A stretch of DNA of 51,567 nucleotides from Candidatus Aenigmatarchaeota archaeon (lineage in GTDB: Archaea; Aenigmatarchaeota; Aenigmatarchaeia; GW2011-AR5; JACRAC01). The notes below the pieces were generated by a model. That model made no database searches. It was not told the origin of the DNA and saw only the letters and a list, made by a program, of their open reading frames with translations. The position numbers were made by a program, and so were the translations under genes. Shown here one piece after another: positions 9,065 to 18,192 of the stretch; positions within the stretch are counted from its first letter, which is position 1, and each line of letters starts with the position of its first letter. The stretch is from positions 117,976 through 169,542 of the forward strand of contig JAWCMQ010000001.1 of NCBI GenBank assembly GCA_039091255.1, given 5' to 3'.

Positions 9065-12000
9065 CTATCGAAACCACGTGGGCGGAGAAAATAGCTTTGC
9101 GGCGTTTACCGAATTCAGCGCGTCGATGATGCGTTGCAACTCAAGATTTCCGCCAGGCAGATAGGAAGAAACATGGACATCGGTAACCGTGCACGAATTG
9201 CCGTCACCGTCGCCTACAGGCATGCTCCAGTGAGATTCCAGAACGACGCCAAAGTCTTTATCGTCTACAAATATGCTGTTGAAGTTCTGTTCGTAACTTC
9301 CATAAACAGGCAAACTTTTGGTGCCATCAGGAGAAGTAATCAGGATATGGTCAGACCGAACTTGTATCAAGGCACCATTCGAGGCGATCAGGATGCTATT
9401 TGAGTTGAGGGCATATTTGCCGTCCCTCACATAAGTTCGCGGCAGGCACGATAACTCCGAATTTCCTGGGAAATCGGCGACTCTGCATTCCGCGGGGTGA
9501 TGATACGCATAAAATTCCGTATCTATACATGGCGAACCTACCTCCTCAGCCTCGTCCACAAGCATAAGGACTAATGTTCCAGCTTTGCTGAGTAGGAATC
9601 GAAGTGGAAGAAACAATGTCCCGACGAGCGATGCCGCACCGCGCTTACTTGCGAATATTGACAGTCTTGAACCTATGATGCTCAAAAGTTTGACATACGA
9701 GCTCTTTGACAAAATAAGCTCTTCGGGTGTGTAAGCGCTCAGAACCTCAGCGACCGAGGGGGTGAGTTTCGTAGGAATAATTTCCTTGATGACGTTGTCC
9801 GTAACGCTGAAGAAGCGCCCACCGTAATTAAAGACATGAGCGTCGAACGGCTTCCTTCCGGCTACATTTCTGATGATGTTGGCATGAGGGATGACGCGGC
9901 TTCCAGAAGGCACACCGAAAAGATTTTCGGGTATACCTACCTCGCCCATGTGAGTCTGAAGGAATGTAATACCATACTCTTCGAGAACTTTGCGATCGGC
10001 GGAGAGAAGTTTGAAGGTTAGAAATCCTGTGGAGCTCAGGAAGATCGAACCTGGTGGATAATCGGTGCTGACCGCTTCGCCATACTCGCAATCGGTTTCG
10101 CATTCGGGTTCAGATTCAGAAGCTTCAATGCAAGTTATGCTGCAATTGTAATACTCTAAAGATATGGAAGGCGCGGTGTGCTCATAATCGAGAATTCTCC
10201 CGCTAGCTTGATCGTATATGCTAAGCAAGGCGCTATAGCTTCCGCGTGCTACATCATCCGGAATCTTGAATTCTCGCCAATACCACGCCTCTCCTGGTAG
10301 CGCCCAGACTGTGAGCGCATTAGCTGGGTCGCTATAGCGCACTAATCCATCTTCACTTATCAGCTCCCCGTCGAGCACGACCGGGTATAAGTTGTCATGC
10401 GGATTCATGATGCGATAGCGGATGGTAAATGAGTCTCCCGGACCTAATGTTGGGTTTCTGGGATCAAACTCCCACCCGGAGATATCAAGAGATTGGGAAG
10501 GCATGGCAGGAAGCTTCACAAGCAAATTGTTCCCATTCGCATCCTGGATATGGAAGTCGTCGACAAAAACCTTGCCCCATCCGGTAGCTATGCTGTCCAC
10601 CACATAGATGTAAACTGTCTTGCCAACGTATTGAGACAGGCCGGTACAGTACTCTTCAAAGAACACATCAGTGGCGCGGAGGCTGGTCACCGAGCAGATA
10701 GTAGAATCATCGGACGCATCCTTAAGGAAAACACCGCTCCCGCCGCCCCCTCCGCCTGCTCTCAGGTACCTGAGGCGGTATGCGCCTTCCGGCAGTATGA
10801 AATCAGCAGAGCGCATTGCACCCATTCCGTTGTTTCCGCCAAGATATGCATAATTTGCGCCTTGAAAGTTCTCGCCCTTGCAGACGAAATCGACGCCGTC
10901 TATTCCCACGCCGACCGATATGCCGGGCGAATTGCCCGTTCCGCTCAGCACGGTCCAGTTTCTGGGGTCGATCCTTTCGCTGCAGCCGCTTATCACGGAA
11001 TCGGCTTCGAAATCGTGATTTGGAATCTCAACCCCTTCTCCGAGCGACTGCTGAGGAGATGAAACCTGAAACGTTTTTGCGGCGCACGAACCGCCGCTAC
11101 CGCTATCCAGGCATGCTTTTATCGTGTGAGGACCTATAGAAAGGGCGTATAGTAAATTATGGTTGTCGGTGTATGACGCTTTCGGCGCTATCGGGGATGC
11201 TATCAAGACGCTTTTTACATCATAGCCGTCGATAGAAACGGTATACGCTGGAGATATGTCGCTACAGCGATTATTCGTGACGGTAACTGAAAATTTCACG
11301 CCATTAACGTCGCCGTAAATTTTATCGATGCCTATCGCCGGTTCAGACGGAACGCATGACGGAACCGGCATGGCGGTCCAGCTTTTGGCGGCCCATGGTC
11401 CATCCCAATATGTGTAGCTGCTGGATCCGCCTGTGCCGCCATCGCAGTGATAACGCACTCGGAACTCGCCTGCGCGTGACTGCAGAGTGGAATCTCCTAC
11501 TCCCATGAGCATGCTCTGTGTCACCGAAAACGATGCGCCTACCTGCACAGTGCTCCCGCGGGATCGCGACCCTAAAGGTATGCGCTCTGCCGTGTTGCCG
11601 TCGGAATCTAGGGAACCTGCGGCCTCTGCGTGCTTGTAAATCACAGCCTCGCAGCTGGAGTATTGCAGATGAGGACCGCCTATGGAGCCTACTGCCGTGA
11701 ACTGGACGGTTTCGCCTACGGTATACGAGTCTTTGATACCGCTTACAGTCGGCGCTTGGGCATCCGGCTCGCATTTGTTGTTTATGCACACCCAACCGGA
11801 ATCGCAGGGCGGATTGGAGTAATCGCATCCGTCAAGCTTGCTCAAGCTAAACGTTATTGTCTGCTCGGGCGGAACGGTTGCGCTGACAGTCGAAGATTTG
11901 TAGCCCGTTTTGGTAGCCGTAACCGCATAAGTTCCGGCAGGGAGCGATTGGATTGTGCACGCGTACCGCACTCCGTCCCAACCTGTCGTGCAGGATTTCC

Positions 12001-12625
12001 CTGACGTGGATACGAGAACACTGTCTACGTTGGTTATTGCCATTATTGAGTAGGTGGAAGGTCCAAAAACGTTCACCGTCCTCTCCCTTACCGGCCAACC
12101 TTGCTGGTCAGTCGTTCCTGATGATGGATCCCGCTGGCAGGAGCTGAAATCGCTATTGCACAATGCCGCTCGAAAGTATATCGAAAGAGTTCCGCTAGCC
12201 CCGGCTTTGGGGCGGGCCACAACAGACACGGTTTTTCTTGTATTGGACGACCAGCTCCCGGAAAACTCGACTAGCGGGTAACTGGCCTTTATAGCCGCCC
12301 CGTTTTTGTCGTATATCGAATCTCCCGCGCGGTAAAGTTTGCCGGAGCCGAGATCTCCGCTCCAGGAAACGACGTCCCAATTCGGAAATGAAAGCGAGAT
12401 GTAGCCGTTCGGGTAGCTGCTGCCCGTGTTGTCGTAGCTGACTGTTATGTTCGTCGTCTCATCTGCGTTTATTGTGCTTGGTGACGTGCCGCTGCTGACA
12501 TAGATTATGGCACCAAAGGACGGGCATGCCAGAAGCGAAAAAGCCGCGAAGAATAACAGAACTTTTAGAGAATGAGAAGTAGAAAGACGCGAACCGCGCA
12601 CGGAAATGCGATCGCAGTAACCCAT
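9065..12625 (-). CDS. large secreted multidomain cysteine-rich protein, function unknown
   Basis: 1186-aa uninterrupted ORF. It has an N-terminal signal-like LKVLLFFAAFSLLACPSFGA, beta-rich repeats, a TYAVTATKTGYKSSTVSATV carboxypeptidase-regulatory-like segment, many Cys pairs and a Gly6 run. One hydrophobic stretch (GAASLVGTLFLPLRFLL...TLVLMLV) lies about 200 aa from the C-terminus. Confidence 0.7.
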   Translation of the reverse strand: MGYCDRISVRGSRLSTSHSLKVLLFFAAFSLLACPSFGAIIYVSSGTSPSTINADETTNITVSYDNTGSSYPNGYISLSFPNWDVVSWSGDLGSGKLYRAGDSIYDKNGAAIKASYPLVEFSGSWSSNTRKTVSVVARPKAGASGTLSIYFRAALCNSDFSSCQRDPSSGTTDQQGWPVRERTVNVFGPSTYSIMAITNVDSVLVSTSGKSCTTGWDGVRYACTIQSLPAGTYAVTATKTGYKSSTVSATVPPEQTITFSLSKLDGCDYSNPPCDSGWVCINNKCEPDAQAPTVSGIKDSYTVGETVQFTAVGSIGGPHLQYSSCEAVIYKHAEAAGSLDSDGNTAERIPLGSRSRGSTVQVGASFSVTQSMLMGVGDSTLQSRAGEFRVRYHCDGGTGGSSSYTYWDGPWAAKSWTAMPVPSCVPSEPAIGIDKIYGDVNGVKFSVTVTNNRCSDISPAYTVSIDGYDVKSVLIASPIAPKASYTDNHNLLYALSIGPHTIKACLDSGSGGSCAAKTFQVSSPQQSLGEGVEIPNHDFEADSVISGCSERIDPRNWTVLSGTGNSPGISVGVGIDGVDFVCKGENFQGANYAYLGGNNGMGAMRSADFILPEGAYRLRYLRAGGGGGGSGVFLKDASDDSTICSVTSLRATDVFFEEYCTGLSQYVGKTVYIYVVDSIATGWGKVFVDDFHIQDANGNNLLVKLPAMPSQSLDISGWEFDPRNPTLGPGDSFTIRYRIMNPHDNLYPVVLDGELISEDGLVRYSDPANALTVWALPGEAWYWREFKIPDDVARGSYSALLSIYDQASGRILDYEHTAPSISLEYYNCSITCIEASESEPECETDCEYGEAVSTDYPPGSIFLSSTGFLTFKLLSADRKVLEEYGITFLQTHMGEVGIPENLFGVPSGSRVIPHANIIRNVAGRKPFDAHVFNYGGRFFSVTDNVIKEIIPTKLTPSVAEVLSAYTPEELILSKSSYVKLLSIIGSRLSIFASKRGAASLVGTLFLPLRFLLSKAGTLVLMLVDEAEEVGSPCIDTEFYAYHHPAECRVADFPGNSELSCLPRTYVRDGKYALNSNSILIASNGALIQVRSDHILITSPDGTKSLPVYGSYEQNFNSIFVDDKDFGVVLESHWSMPVGDGDGNSCTVTDVHVSSYLPGGNLELQRIIDALNSVNAAKLFSPPTWFR

Positions 12626-12650
12626 GGTAATAAAGCTCTAGGCAAAACCT

Positions 12651-12658
12651 ATTTAAAG
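12651..12658 (-). promoter_or_regulatory. TATA box for the 1186-aa gene (leaderless-type spacing)
   Basis: CTTTAAAT on the minus strand, centred about 29 nt upstream of ATG 12625. Confidence 0.45.
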
Positions 12659-12734
12659 CGAAAAGTTCGCCGCGAAATGCTATCGCGGTTGCTGGATTGC
12701 CGACCTCAGCCTTGCACGGCTTCGCGTACACGGA

Positions 12735-12937
12735 TGGGCCCGACGGGATATTCGGCGCAGCCGAATAGGCCAGCGAAGCTCTGCTTCAGCTGCGCATTCG
12801 AACCCGCAACAGCCTGCTTTCTTCAGCTTTCCATCAGCGTTTTCGTTGGACGCTGACAGCTCCTTTTCCGCCAGCGCTTTTGCGCTAGCAAAAGGGCTGT
12901 AAGAGGCAGGTACTCTACCAGGTTGAGCTACGGGCCC
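12735..12937 (-). tRNA. tRNA-Lys (CUU) with two introns (81 nt at 37/38; 48 nt in the T-loop)
   Basis: Exons are 12937-12900, 12818-12796 and 12747-12735, giving a 74-nt cloverleaf. The acceptor GGGCCCG/CGGGCCC pairs 7 of 7 and the D stem is GCTC/GAGT. The anticodon stem is CCTGC/GCAGG with loop CTCTTAA. The T arm is GCGGG-TTCGAAT-CCCGT and the discriminator is A. Confidence 0.85.
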
Positions 12938-12962
12938 TTGACTTGAATTTGGCAAAAGGAAT

Positions 12963-12970
12963 GTATTAAA
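12963..12970 (-). promoter_or_regulatory. TATA box for tRNA-Lys
   Basis: TTTAATAC on the minus strand, 26 nt upstream of the tRNA 5' end at 12937. Confidence 0.55.
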
Positions 12971-13033
12971 CGTTTGCGCGGCACGCCTCGGGTCTATTTG
13001 CAGCCCCCTTCGCCCCGCATCTTGTTTGACAGC

Positions 13034-13966
13034 TCACTTCTCGCATCGCGCAAGCGTGTAAGAACCGTCTTCTGTCGGGTAAATCCTGACATCCGTAAAG
13101 TGCCTGTTGAGATTTTCTCCGAACTCTTCGATTTTGTAATGGTAGCAGAACGCGACGACAAGTTGGTCGCCCTTTTTGAAATCGATTCGTTTATCGCCGT
13201 GCGAAACGCTCCTGTCGGCATTTATTTTGTAGTAGAAGTCCAACCTCGAATTTCTGAACTTCACGTCATATTCCAAATCGGCCAAATCCAGCCCGAGCTG
13301 CGCAGGCACGTGGCTGAAGAAGCATTCCGACACCTTGCTCCTCTTGAGCTGGCTTATAGCTTCCTCGCCCAGCTTGCCGTTGTCGAGCCCGCTCCCTACG
13401 ATTAAGGCGTCCCTTTCACGCATCCCTTCGGCGATTTCGCCAAGAATCTTATGAGTCTCGAAATTGCCTACCGTGTTGCCCATGAGCATGAACATGCATC
13501 TGTCAAAGCCGCCTGACCGAAGGTGAGGCGACAGCTCCTCCAGGCGCTCGAAATCATGCACGCTCCACGTCTCTTTTACGGCCGCGATGCCCAGCTTTCC
13601 GACCGCTTCGGCTGCGCGATCTACCATAAATCTGCTTATGTCGATTGGGCAATATCTGATTGCGCATTTTCCATAAAGGTGCTCGATAATTGGGACAGCT
13701 TTTCTTCCATCGCCGCATCCGAGGTCGACGATGTTGAGCGGCCCGTCTGCCAGGCCGCTGACAATTTCAGCCGCATGCTTTCTCAAAAGTCCCATCTCTT
13801 TCAGCCCGCCTTTGTACCCCTCCTCGTTCAGGTATTCGAGATAGCCGCGTGCCTGCTCTGGCATCAGGTACCAAAGCTTCGAATCGTCTACGCGCCAAAC
13901 CCTCGCGCCATCTTCGTGCGCGCATCCGTTTTTGATGAGCCTGTCGAAGATAGGATTATCCGCCAT
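13034..13966 (-). CDS. SAM-dependent methyltransferase, EgtD-like (histidine-specific methyltransferase fold)
   Basis: VDLGCGDGRKA SAM motif, then MLMGNTVGNF, LIVGSGLDN and the C-terminal ...FKKGDQLVVAFCYHYKIEEF...YTLARCEK. These are collinear with EgtD/Methyltransf_33 landmarks. ATG at 13966; the track start at 14044 is TTG and would overlap the rhomboid gene. Confidence 0.6.
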   Translation of the reverse strand: MADNPIFDRLIKNGCAHEDGARVWRVDDSKLWYLMPEQARGYLEYLNEEGYKGGLKEMGLLRKHAAEIVSGLADGPLNIVDLGCGDGRKAVPIIEHLYGKCAIRYCPIDISRFMVDRAAEAVGKLGIAAVKETWSVHDFERLEELSPHLRSGGFDRCMFMLMGNTVGNFETHKILGEIAEGMRERDALIVGSGLDNGKLGEEAISQLKRSKVSECFFSHVPAQLGLDLADLEYDVKFRNSRLDFYYKINADRSVSHGDKRIDFKKGDQLVVAFCYHYKIEEFGENLNRHFTDVRIYPTEDGSYTLARCEK

Positions 13967-14016
13967 AAACGAGTCTGACTGGCAAAAACATAAAAGGCAA
14001 TCGGAAAGAATCCGCG

Positions 14017-14631
14017 CTATCTCCGCATCCACCCGTCTTCCCAACGTTCTATGTCGCGCTCGGATAGCACGCGTCGGCTATGGTGCCGCCTGAGCGGTTG
14101 CCCAAATCGCCTTCTCAAAACAAGCCCAGCAGCAGCGCCAAAAGCAAGGCCTGCGATATGCGCCGCGTTTGCAACGCCGCTCGGCGCGATGAAGCCGATA
14201 AGGTCTATCACGACCCAAACGACCGCCGCAAGCGCCATCGGCATCGGAAAGCCGCCGACCCATATCATCATGCGCGGTCGCAGAACAGCCAACGCGCCCA
14301 GGACGGCAAAAATCGCACCGCTTGCGCCCAGCGAGGCCGGATAAAAAAGCGCAGCCACAATCCCTGCCACGATGCCGCCCGAGAAATAGAGCACCCAAAA
14401 CTTCTGCGTGCCGATTATCGATTCGAGCACAAGCCCGAACATCACGAGAGCGAGCATGTTATAGACCAGATGGGCCACATCGCCGTGAAGGAACATCGCA
14501 GTTATGATCGTCCACGGCCGCGCTGCAAGCTTGGCCGAATCGAGCAGGAACGCTTCCGTGAAGCCGTCAATTGACGCCTGCAATGCGAAAAATGCAAGCA
14601 CTACCGCCAGTATGATGAGGTTTGCTCGCAT
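14017..14631 (-). CDS. rhomboid family intramembrane serine protease
   Basis: Six or seven TM helices. Contains the catalytic GASGAIFAVLGA (GxSG) and downstream HIAGLAFGAAAG His motif, plus HGDVAHLVYNM. ATG at 14631. Confidence 0.8.
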   Translation of the reverse strand: MRANLIILAVVLAFFALQASIDGFTEAFLLDSAKLAARPWTIITAMFLHGDVAHLVYNMLALVMFGLVLESIIGTQKFWVLYFSGGIVAGIVAALFYPASLGASGAIFAVLGALAVLRPRMMIWVGGFPMPMALAAVVWVVIDLIGFIAPSGVANAAHIAGLAFGAAAGLVLRRRFGQPLRRHHSRRVLSERDIERWEDGWMRR

Positions 14632-14645
14632 CGCTACCAACAAGA

Positions 14646-15131
14646 TTATCGTATCGTCGAGAACTTATAGCCCGTAAGGTGCATCAGCGGCTTGAACGGC
14701 TTGGCAGGCGCGTGCACCGCCACGACCTCGCCGATTATGAGGCAATGCTTCTTGATGACCTCGCGCACCCTGCATTCGAGTGCCGCGGGGCACTCATTAA
14801 TCAAGGGCGGATTGACCTTCGAAGCCGCTCGCCACGTAAGACCCGCCTTTTCCAGCTCGTTCACGCCGCGCGGAAACGGCTTGGCACATGTCAAAACCTG
14901 CTTCTCGAGCTTCAGCGGAGGGATCCCGATGGTAAACTCGTTGGTTTCCATCACATTCTTCCACGTGTCATGGCTGTCATCGATGACCATCGCCACAAGT
15001 GGCGGGTCGAACTCGATAGGAACAAGCCAGTCTGCAGGCGCAGAATTTATCCTTCCGCGCTTGTCGACGGTCGTTATCATGCAGACGACGCGCGGATAAA
15101 GCAGCTTGTAGGCGTCGGATAGTTTGGCCAT
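14646..15131 (-). CDS. flavin reductase-like (FMN-binding split-barrel) protein
   Basis: LLYPRVVCMITTVDKRGRINSAPADW...PPLVAMVI pattern of the flavoredoxin/flavin reductase family. GGGAGG lies 11 nt upstream of ATG 15131. Confidence 0.7.
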   Translation of the reverse strand: MAKLSDAYKLLYPRVVCMITTVDKRGRINSAPADWLVPIEFDPPLVAMVIDDSHDTWKNVMETNEFTIGIPPLKLEKQVLTCAKPFPRGVNELEKAGLTWRAASKVNPPLINECPAALECRVREVIKKHCLIIGEVVAVHAPAKPFKPLMHLTGYKFSTIR

Positions 15132-15307
15132 GATTACATACGCCTCCCTTCCTTTATCTCCTTTTCGGGGCAGGATTCAGTAACATGGAGCGTGAATTCA
15201 AGTCGAGCCCGGTGCAGCTGTCCGACAAGACAGCTGACCAACGCAATAACCGCTTATCTCGCAAGAGCCTAGAAGAAGGGCAATTGCAGCTGCAGCGCAT
15301 CATCCCT

Positions 15308-16438
15308 TCATATGTTCAAAAACTTGTCCAGCTTGTCCTTCGCTTTCTCCACGCGCTTTCTGTGCGCAGCGAGCCATTCAGACAGCAGCCTGGCGCACTC
15401 TGCCTTGCAGTCGCCGCAGACACGCTTGCCTGAGCGGCATTCTTGCCAGACGCGCTTAGCGTGCGCATCGTCTTTGGCGACATGGAAATTGTAGTATTCG
15501 AATACGTTGCACACGTCTGGATTGCCGCCGTTCTTGCGCTGCTCCTCGACCGTGCCTGCGCCGCCCGTTTTTGCGCGCCCGATTTTCTCGCGCACGGCTT
15601 CCTCATCGTCGTCCATGTAGACGCACGTCTCAGGCCTCGAGCCGCTCATCTTGCCCCCGCGCAAGCCATGCATGAACCGATGGTATGTGGAGCTCGGCTT
15701 CATCATGCCCGCCCTCTCGGCGACGTCCCTTGAAAGCCGCATGTACGGGTCCTGGTCTATGCCTATAGGGACAACGGTCGGCTTAGGCCCGCCGAATTCG
15801 GGCAGCTGCGGAAGCAGGATATGCGCCATCTGCGTGACGGCATAGAACACTTGCCCGGGCGGCGTCGAATTGTCGAACCCGAATATCGCGTTTATAGTAG
15901 AAATCGTGACCTTCGTCGAAAGCGTCATCGCAAGTTCGTATACGCGGGGAATCTTCGTTGAGATGAATATATGCGTCCGCTCCGGGTCGAATCCCATGGC
16001 GATGATGTTAGGTATCACGACGTTCATCGCCGTCTTCGTCGCCTGCTCGATGCTCGGTGCTTTTTTGAAGACGTACGATTCGTCGTTCGAGATGGGTATG
16101 AAAACCTCACCGCCTTGCTGCTGCAGCCACAGCGCCTGGTCTAAAAACAGCTTGTTGCCGAAGTGCAGCCGCCCCGACGGATTTGCGCCTGTGAGCACGG
16201 CGAACGGCTTCCTCTTGTCCATCGCCTCTATGATTGCAGCGAAATCTCGCTGCCCAACAACGATGCCGCGGCTATACAGATAATGCGGCTTTCGTATGCG
16301 CGGCAGCAGTGGCGACATGTCGTCTATGCCGAATTCCCTCAGCAGCGGCTTGTACTCTTCAGCGGAATACGGGACTTCTCCGACTACCTCTGCTACATCG
16401 ATTTTTGTCTTCATGTCTTCTGATTGGCCGACCGGCAT
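15308..16438 (-). CDS. trpS: tryptophan--tRNA ligase (archaeal/eukaryotic type)
   Basis: Class I motifs PSGRLHFGNK (HIGH-like) and KMSGSRP (KMSKS-like). The C-terminal helical domain carries VCGDCKAECA. The Trp-versus-Tyr assignment rests on overall pattern only. Confidence 0.75.
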   Translation of the reverse strand: MPVGQSEDMKTKIDVAEVVGEVPYSAEEYKPLLREFGIDDMSPLLPRIRKPHYLYSRGIVVGQRDFAAIIEAMDKRKPFAVLTGANPSGRLHFGNKLFLDQALWLQQQGGEVFIPISNDESYVFKKAPSIEQATKTAMNVVIPNIIAMGFDPERTHIFISTKIPRVYELAMTLSTKVTISTINAIFGFDNSTPPGQVFYAVTQMAHILLPQLPEFGGPKPTVVPIGIDQDPYMRLSRDVAERAGMMKPSSTYHRFMHGLRGGKMSGSRPETCVYMDDDEEAVREKIGRAKTGGAGTVEEQRKNGGNPDVCNVFEYYNFHVAKDDAHAKRVWQECRSGKRVCGDCKAECARLLSEWLAAHRKRVEKAKDKLDKFLNI

Positions 16439-16466
16439 ATTATCAAGTAATCTTCTTTGCCACGCC

Positions 16467-16476
16467 TTTTTATATA
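16467..16476 (+). promoter_or_regulatory. TATA box upstream of tfs
   Basis: TTTTATATAT lies in the divergent trpS/tfs gap. Confidence 0.4.
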
Positions 16477-16556
16477 TCGAGATTCATCATATCGCCACCG
16501 GGCATGCGGGATGCTGCCATTCGGAATATGCCAATAAAACAGCGGAGTTGTTTTCG

Positions 16557-16862
16557 GTGTTCGGCTTTTGTAGATGTGGCGGTCTGCTCGTTCCAGAAAA
16601 AGGAGGCTTGCGCTGCAGGAAATGCGGGGCACAGCAGCCGCCCAGCGGCGCAGGCGGCATCGTGAAGAGCGTTCACGAAAGCAAAGGCGTTGCTGTCATC
16701 GAAACTGATGAACCGTCACTGCCGACGATGGAAGTCGATTGCCCTAAATGCGGCAACAGCGCATGCTATTTCTGGGTCATTCAAACGCGGGCATCAGACG
16801 AACCGCCCACGCGCTTTTTCCGCTGCACGAAATGCCGGTATACATGGAGAGAATACAGCTAA
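16557..16862 (+). CDS. tfs: transcription factor S (TFS / RpoM-like)
   Basis: N-terminal zinc ribbon FCRCGG...CRKCG. The C-terminal ribbon CPKCGNSACYFWVIQTRASDEPPTRFFRCTKC carries the acidic loop. There is no in-frame ATG, so the start is GTG 16557 (GGAG 8 nt upstream) or TTG 16548. Confidence 0.8.
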   Translation: MFGFCRCGGLLVPEKGGLRCRKCGAQQPPSGAGGIVKSVHESKGVAVIETDEPSLPTMEVDCPKCGNSACYFWVIQTRASDEPPTRFFRCTKCRYTWREYS

Positions 16863-18139
16863 TCCGCTGCATGCTTCAGACTTCCTAAGTTGGTCGCCTC
16901 CGCTAGCGCCTTCTGAGCGGACAGCGCGCGAAACAATCGAGAATTTTCCATCCACACCTTAAGCGGTATCTCCAGCCGCGATTGCACGTGGCGGAGCGCA
17001 CCCGCAAGCGTGTCGAATTTAAGCGGTTCGCTGCGTAGCGCCTGGCGCACATGCTCGCGCACGTTCCAGACGCCGACAGGCATTATGTATCCTGGATGCG
17101 CTTCGCGCAAGATTATGACAGTCGCCTGCCGCTTCAGCCGCACCAGCAGCTCGCACACGGCAAGCCGCGCGGCATAGTAGCATCCGCCTATCTCGGCATA
17201 CCTTTTGCGCGGCAGCCAGCCTTCGGCACTGGAATACATCTCAACGCAGCGACCGGTCGCATTCCACACCGTCCCAGGGTACCACGCCTCCATAAGCTCA
17301 TACGACCAGTGCCGGGGCATCATCAGGACTTCCCAGCGGTTGTCCAGCGCGACCGTCTCATAGACGCGGAACTCGTCTATTGTGGGGAACTCCTTCACCT
17401 GCGCCAGCAGGTGCTTTCCTATCGCATCATCGACTGCGGTGATTGCCCAGCGCGTTGGAACGAACCGCCTCCGATTTTTCAGTCCGAAAAGGCCCGCAGA
17501 AAACGCCTTCTGTATTTTTGAGACCAGCACCCCCTTTTCGTAAAGTTCGATGATAGCATCCGCCGCTTTCAGGTCCGTGTCGGAGTGCGCCTTCTCTATC
17601 TTCGTGTCGGCCCTGGTCCCGGACACCTGCACACTCTTGAGCGGCGCGCTAGGGCCGAATGGCTGCGTATGGTCGTCCCAGCGCACGACATGCCGCGGCT
17701 TCTTCTCAAGCTCGAGGTCGACATACGCGCTGTCCTTCGAAAGAGCAAGCTCCTGCGTGAAATCGACTATTCCTGACCTGTTCACATCCCTTACGTTCAC
17801 GGCGTACATGCCGCGCAGCAGTTGGCTGCGCATCTCAACGATGTCGGCAATCGAGCGCCCCGGCCACATTTCGGGGGTCCCCAGCAGCGATGTATCGCCC
17901 TCAAGCGGCGGCACAAGCGGTCCGATGAAGACTTTAGGGTAGCCTATGCGGCCAACAAAAATGTCCGGAGGCGATGAGCCCGACAACTCCATCGCATCGA
18001 GCATTTTCATCGCCTTGATAGAATAGTAAAATCGCAGCAGGGCGGGATCGCGCATGCGCCTGTAAGCAGCAGGCGTGTGCTCGATGCTGGGACTTGTTTT
18101 GGGCATCGAAGGAACAGGGATGCTGCCTGGTTCAGCCAT
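16859..18139 (-). CDS. Nre-family (DUF650/DUF651) putative DNA repair protein
   Basis: SSPPDIFVGRIGYPKVFIGPLVPP motif, which I associate with the archaeal Nre N-terminal domain. ATG at 18139; the track start is TTG 18172. It overlaps the tfs stop convergently by 4 nt. Confidence 0.55.
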   Translation of the reverse strand: MAEPGSIPVPSMPKTSPSIEHTPAAYRRMRDPALLRFYYSIKAMKMLDAMELSGSSPPDIFVGRIGYPKVFIGPLVPPLEGDTSLLGTPEMWPGRSIADIVEMRSQLLRGMYAVNVRDVNRSGIVDFTQELALSKDSAYVDLELEKKPRHVVRWDDHTQPFGPSAPLKSVQVSGTRADTKIEKAHSDTDLKAADAIIELYEKGVLVSKIQKAFSAGLFGLKNRRRFVPTRWAITAVDDAIGKHLLAQVKEFPTIDEFRVYETVALDNRWEVLMMPRHWSYELMEAWYPGTVWNATGRCVEMYSSAEGWLPRKRYAEIGGCYYAARLAVCELLVRLKRQATVIILREAHPGYIMPVGVWNVREHVRQALRSEPLKFDTLAGALRHVQSRLEIPLKVWMENSRLFRALSAQKALAEATNLGSLKHAAD

Positions 18140-18192
18140 ACAAATAATTATGGCAAGAATAAAATAAATCAATCAAAAAGAAATCGCACGCT

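Noticed and set aside
12680-12955. 91-aa minus-strand ORF (TTG start) in the gap between the giant gene and the methyltransferase gene.
   Set aside because: It is fully explained by the intron-containing tRNA-Lys gene on the same strand. It has an alternative start codon, no ribosome-binding site and a low-complexity translation.
15215-15236. 8-bp inverted repeat CAGCTGTC/GACAGCTG downstream of trpS, a possible terminator.
   Set aside because: No oligo-T tract follows on the minus strand. It overlaps a run of PvuII/PstI-like palindromes, so its significance is unclear.
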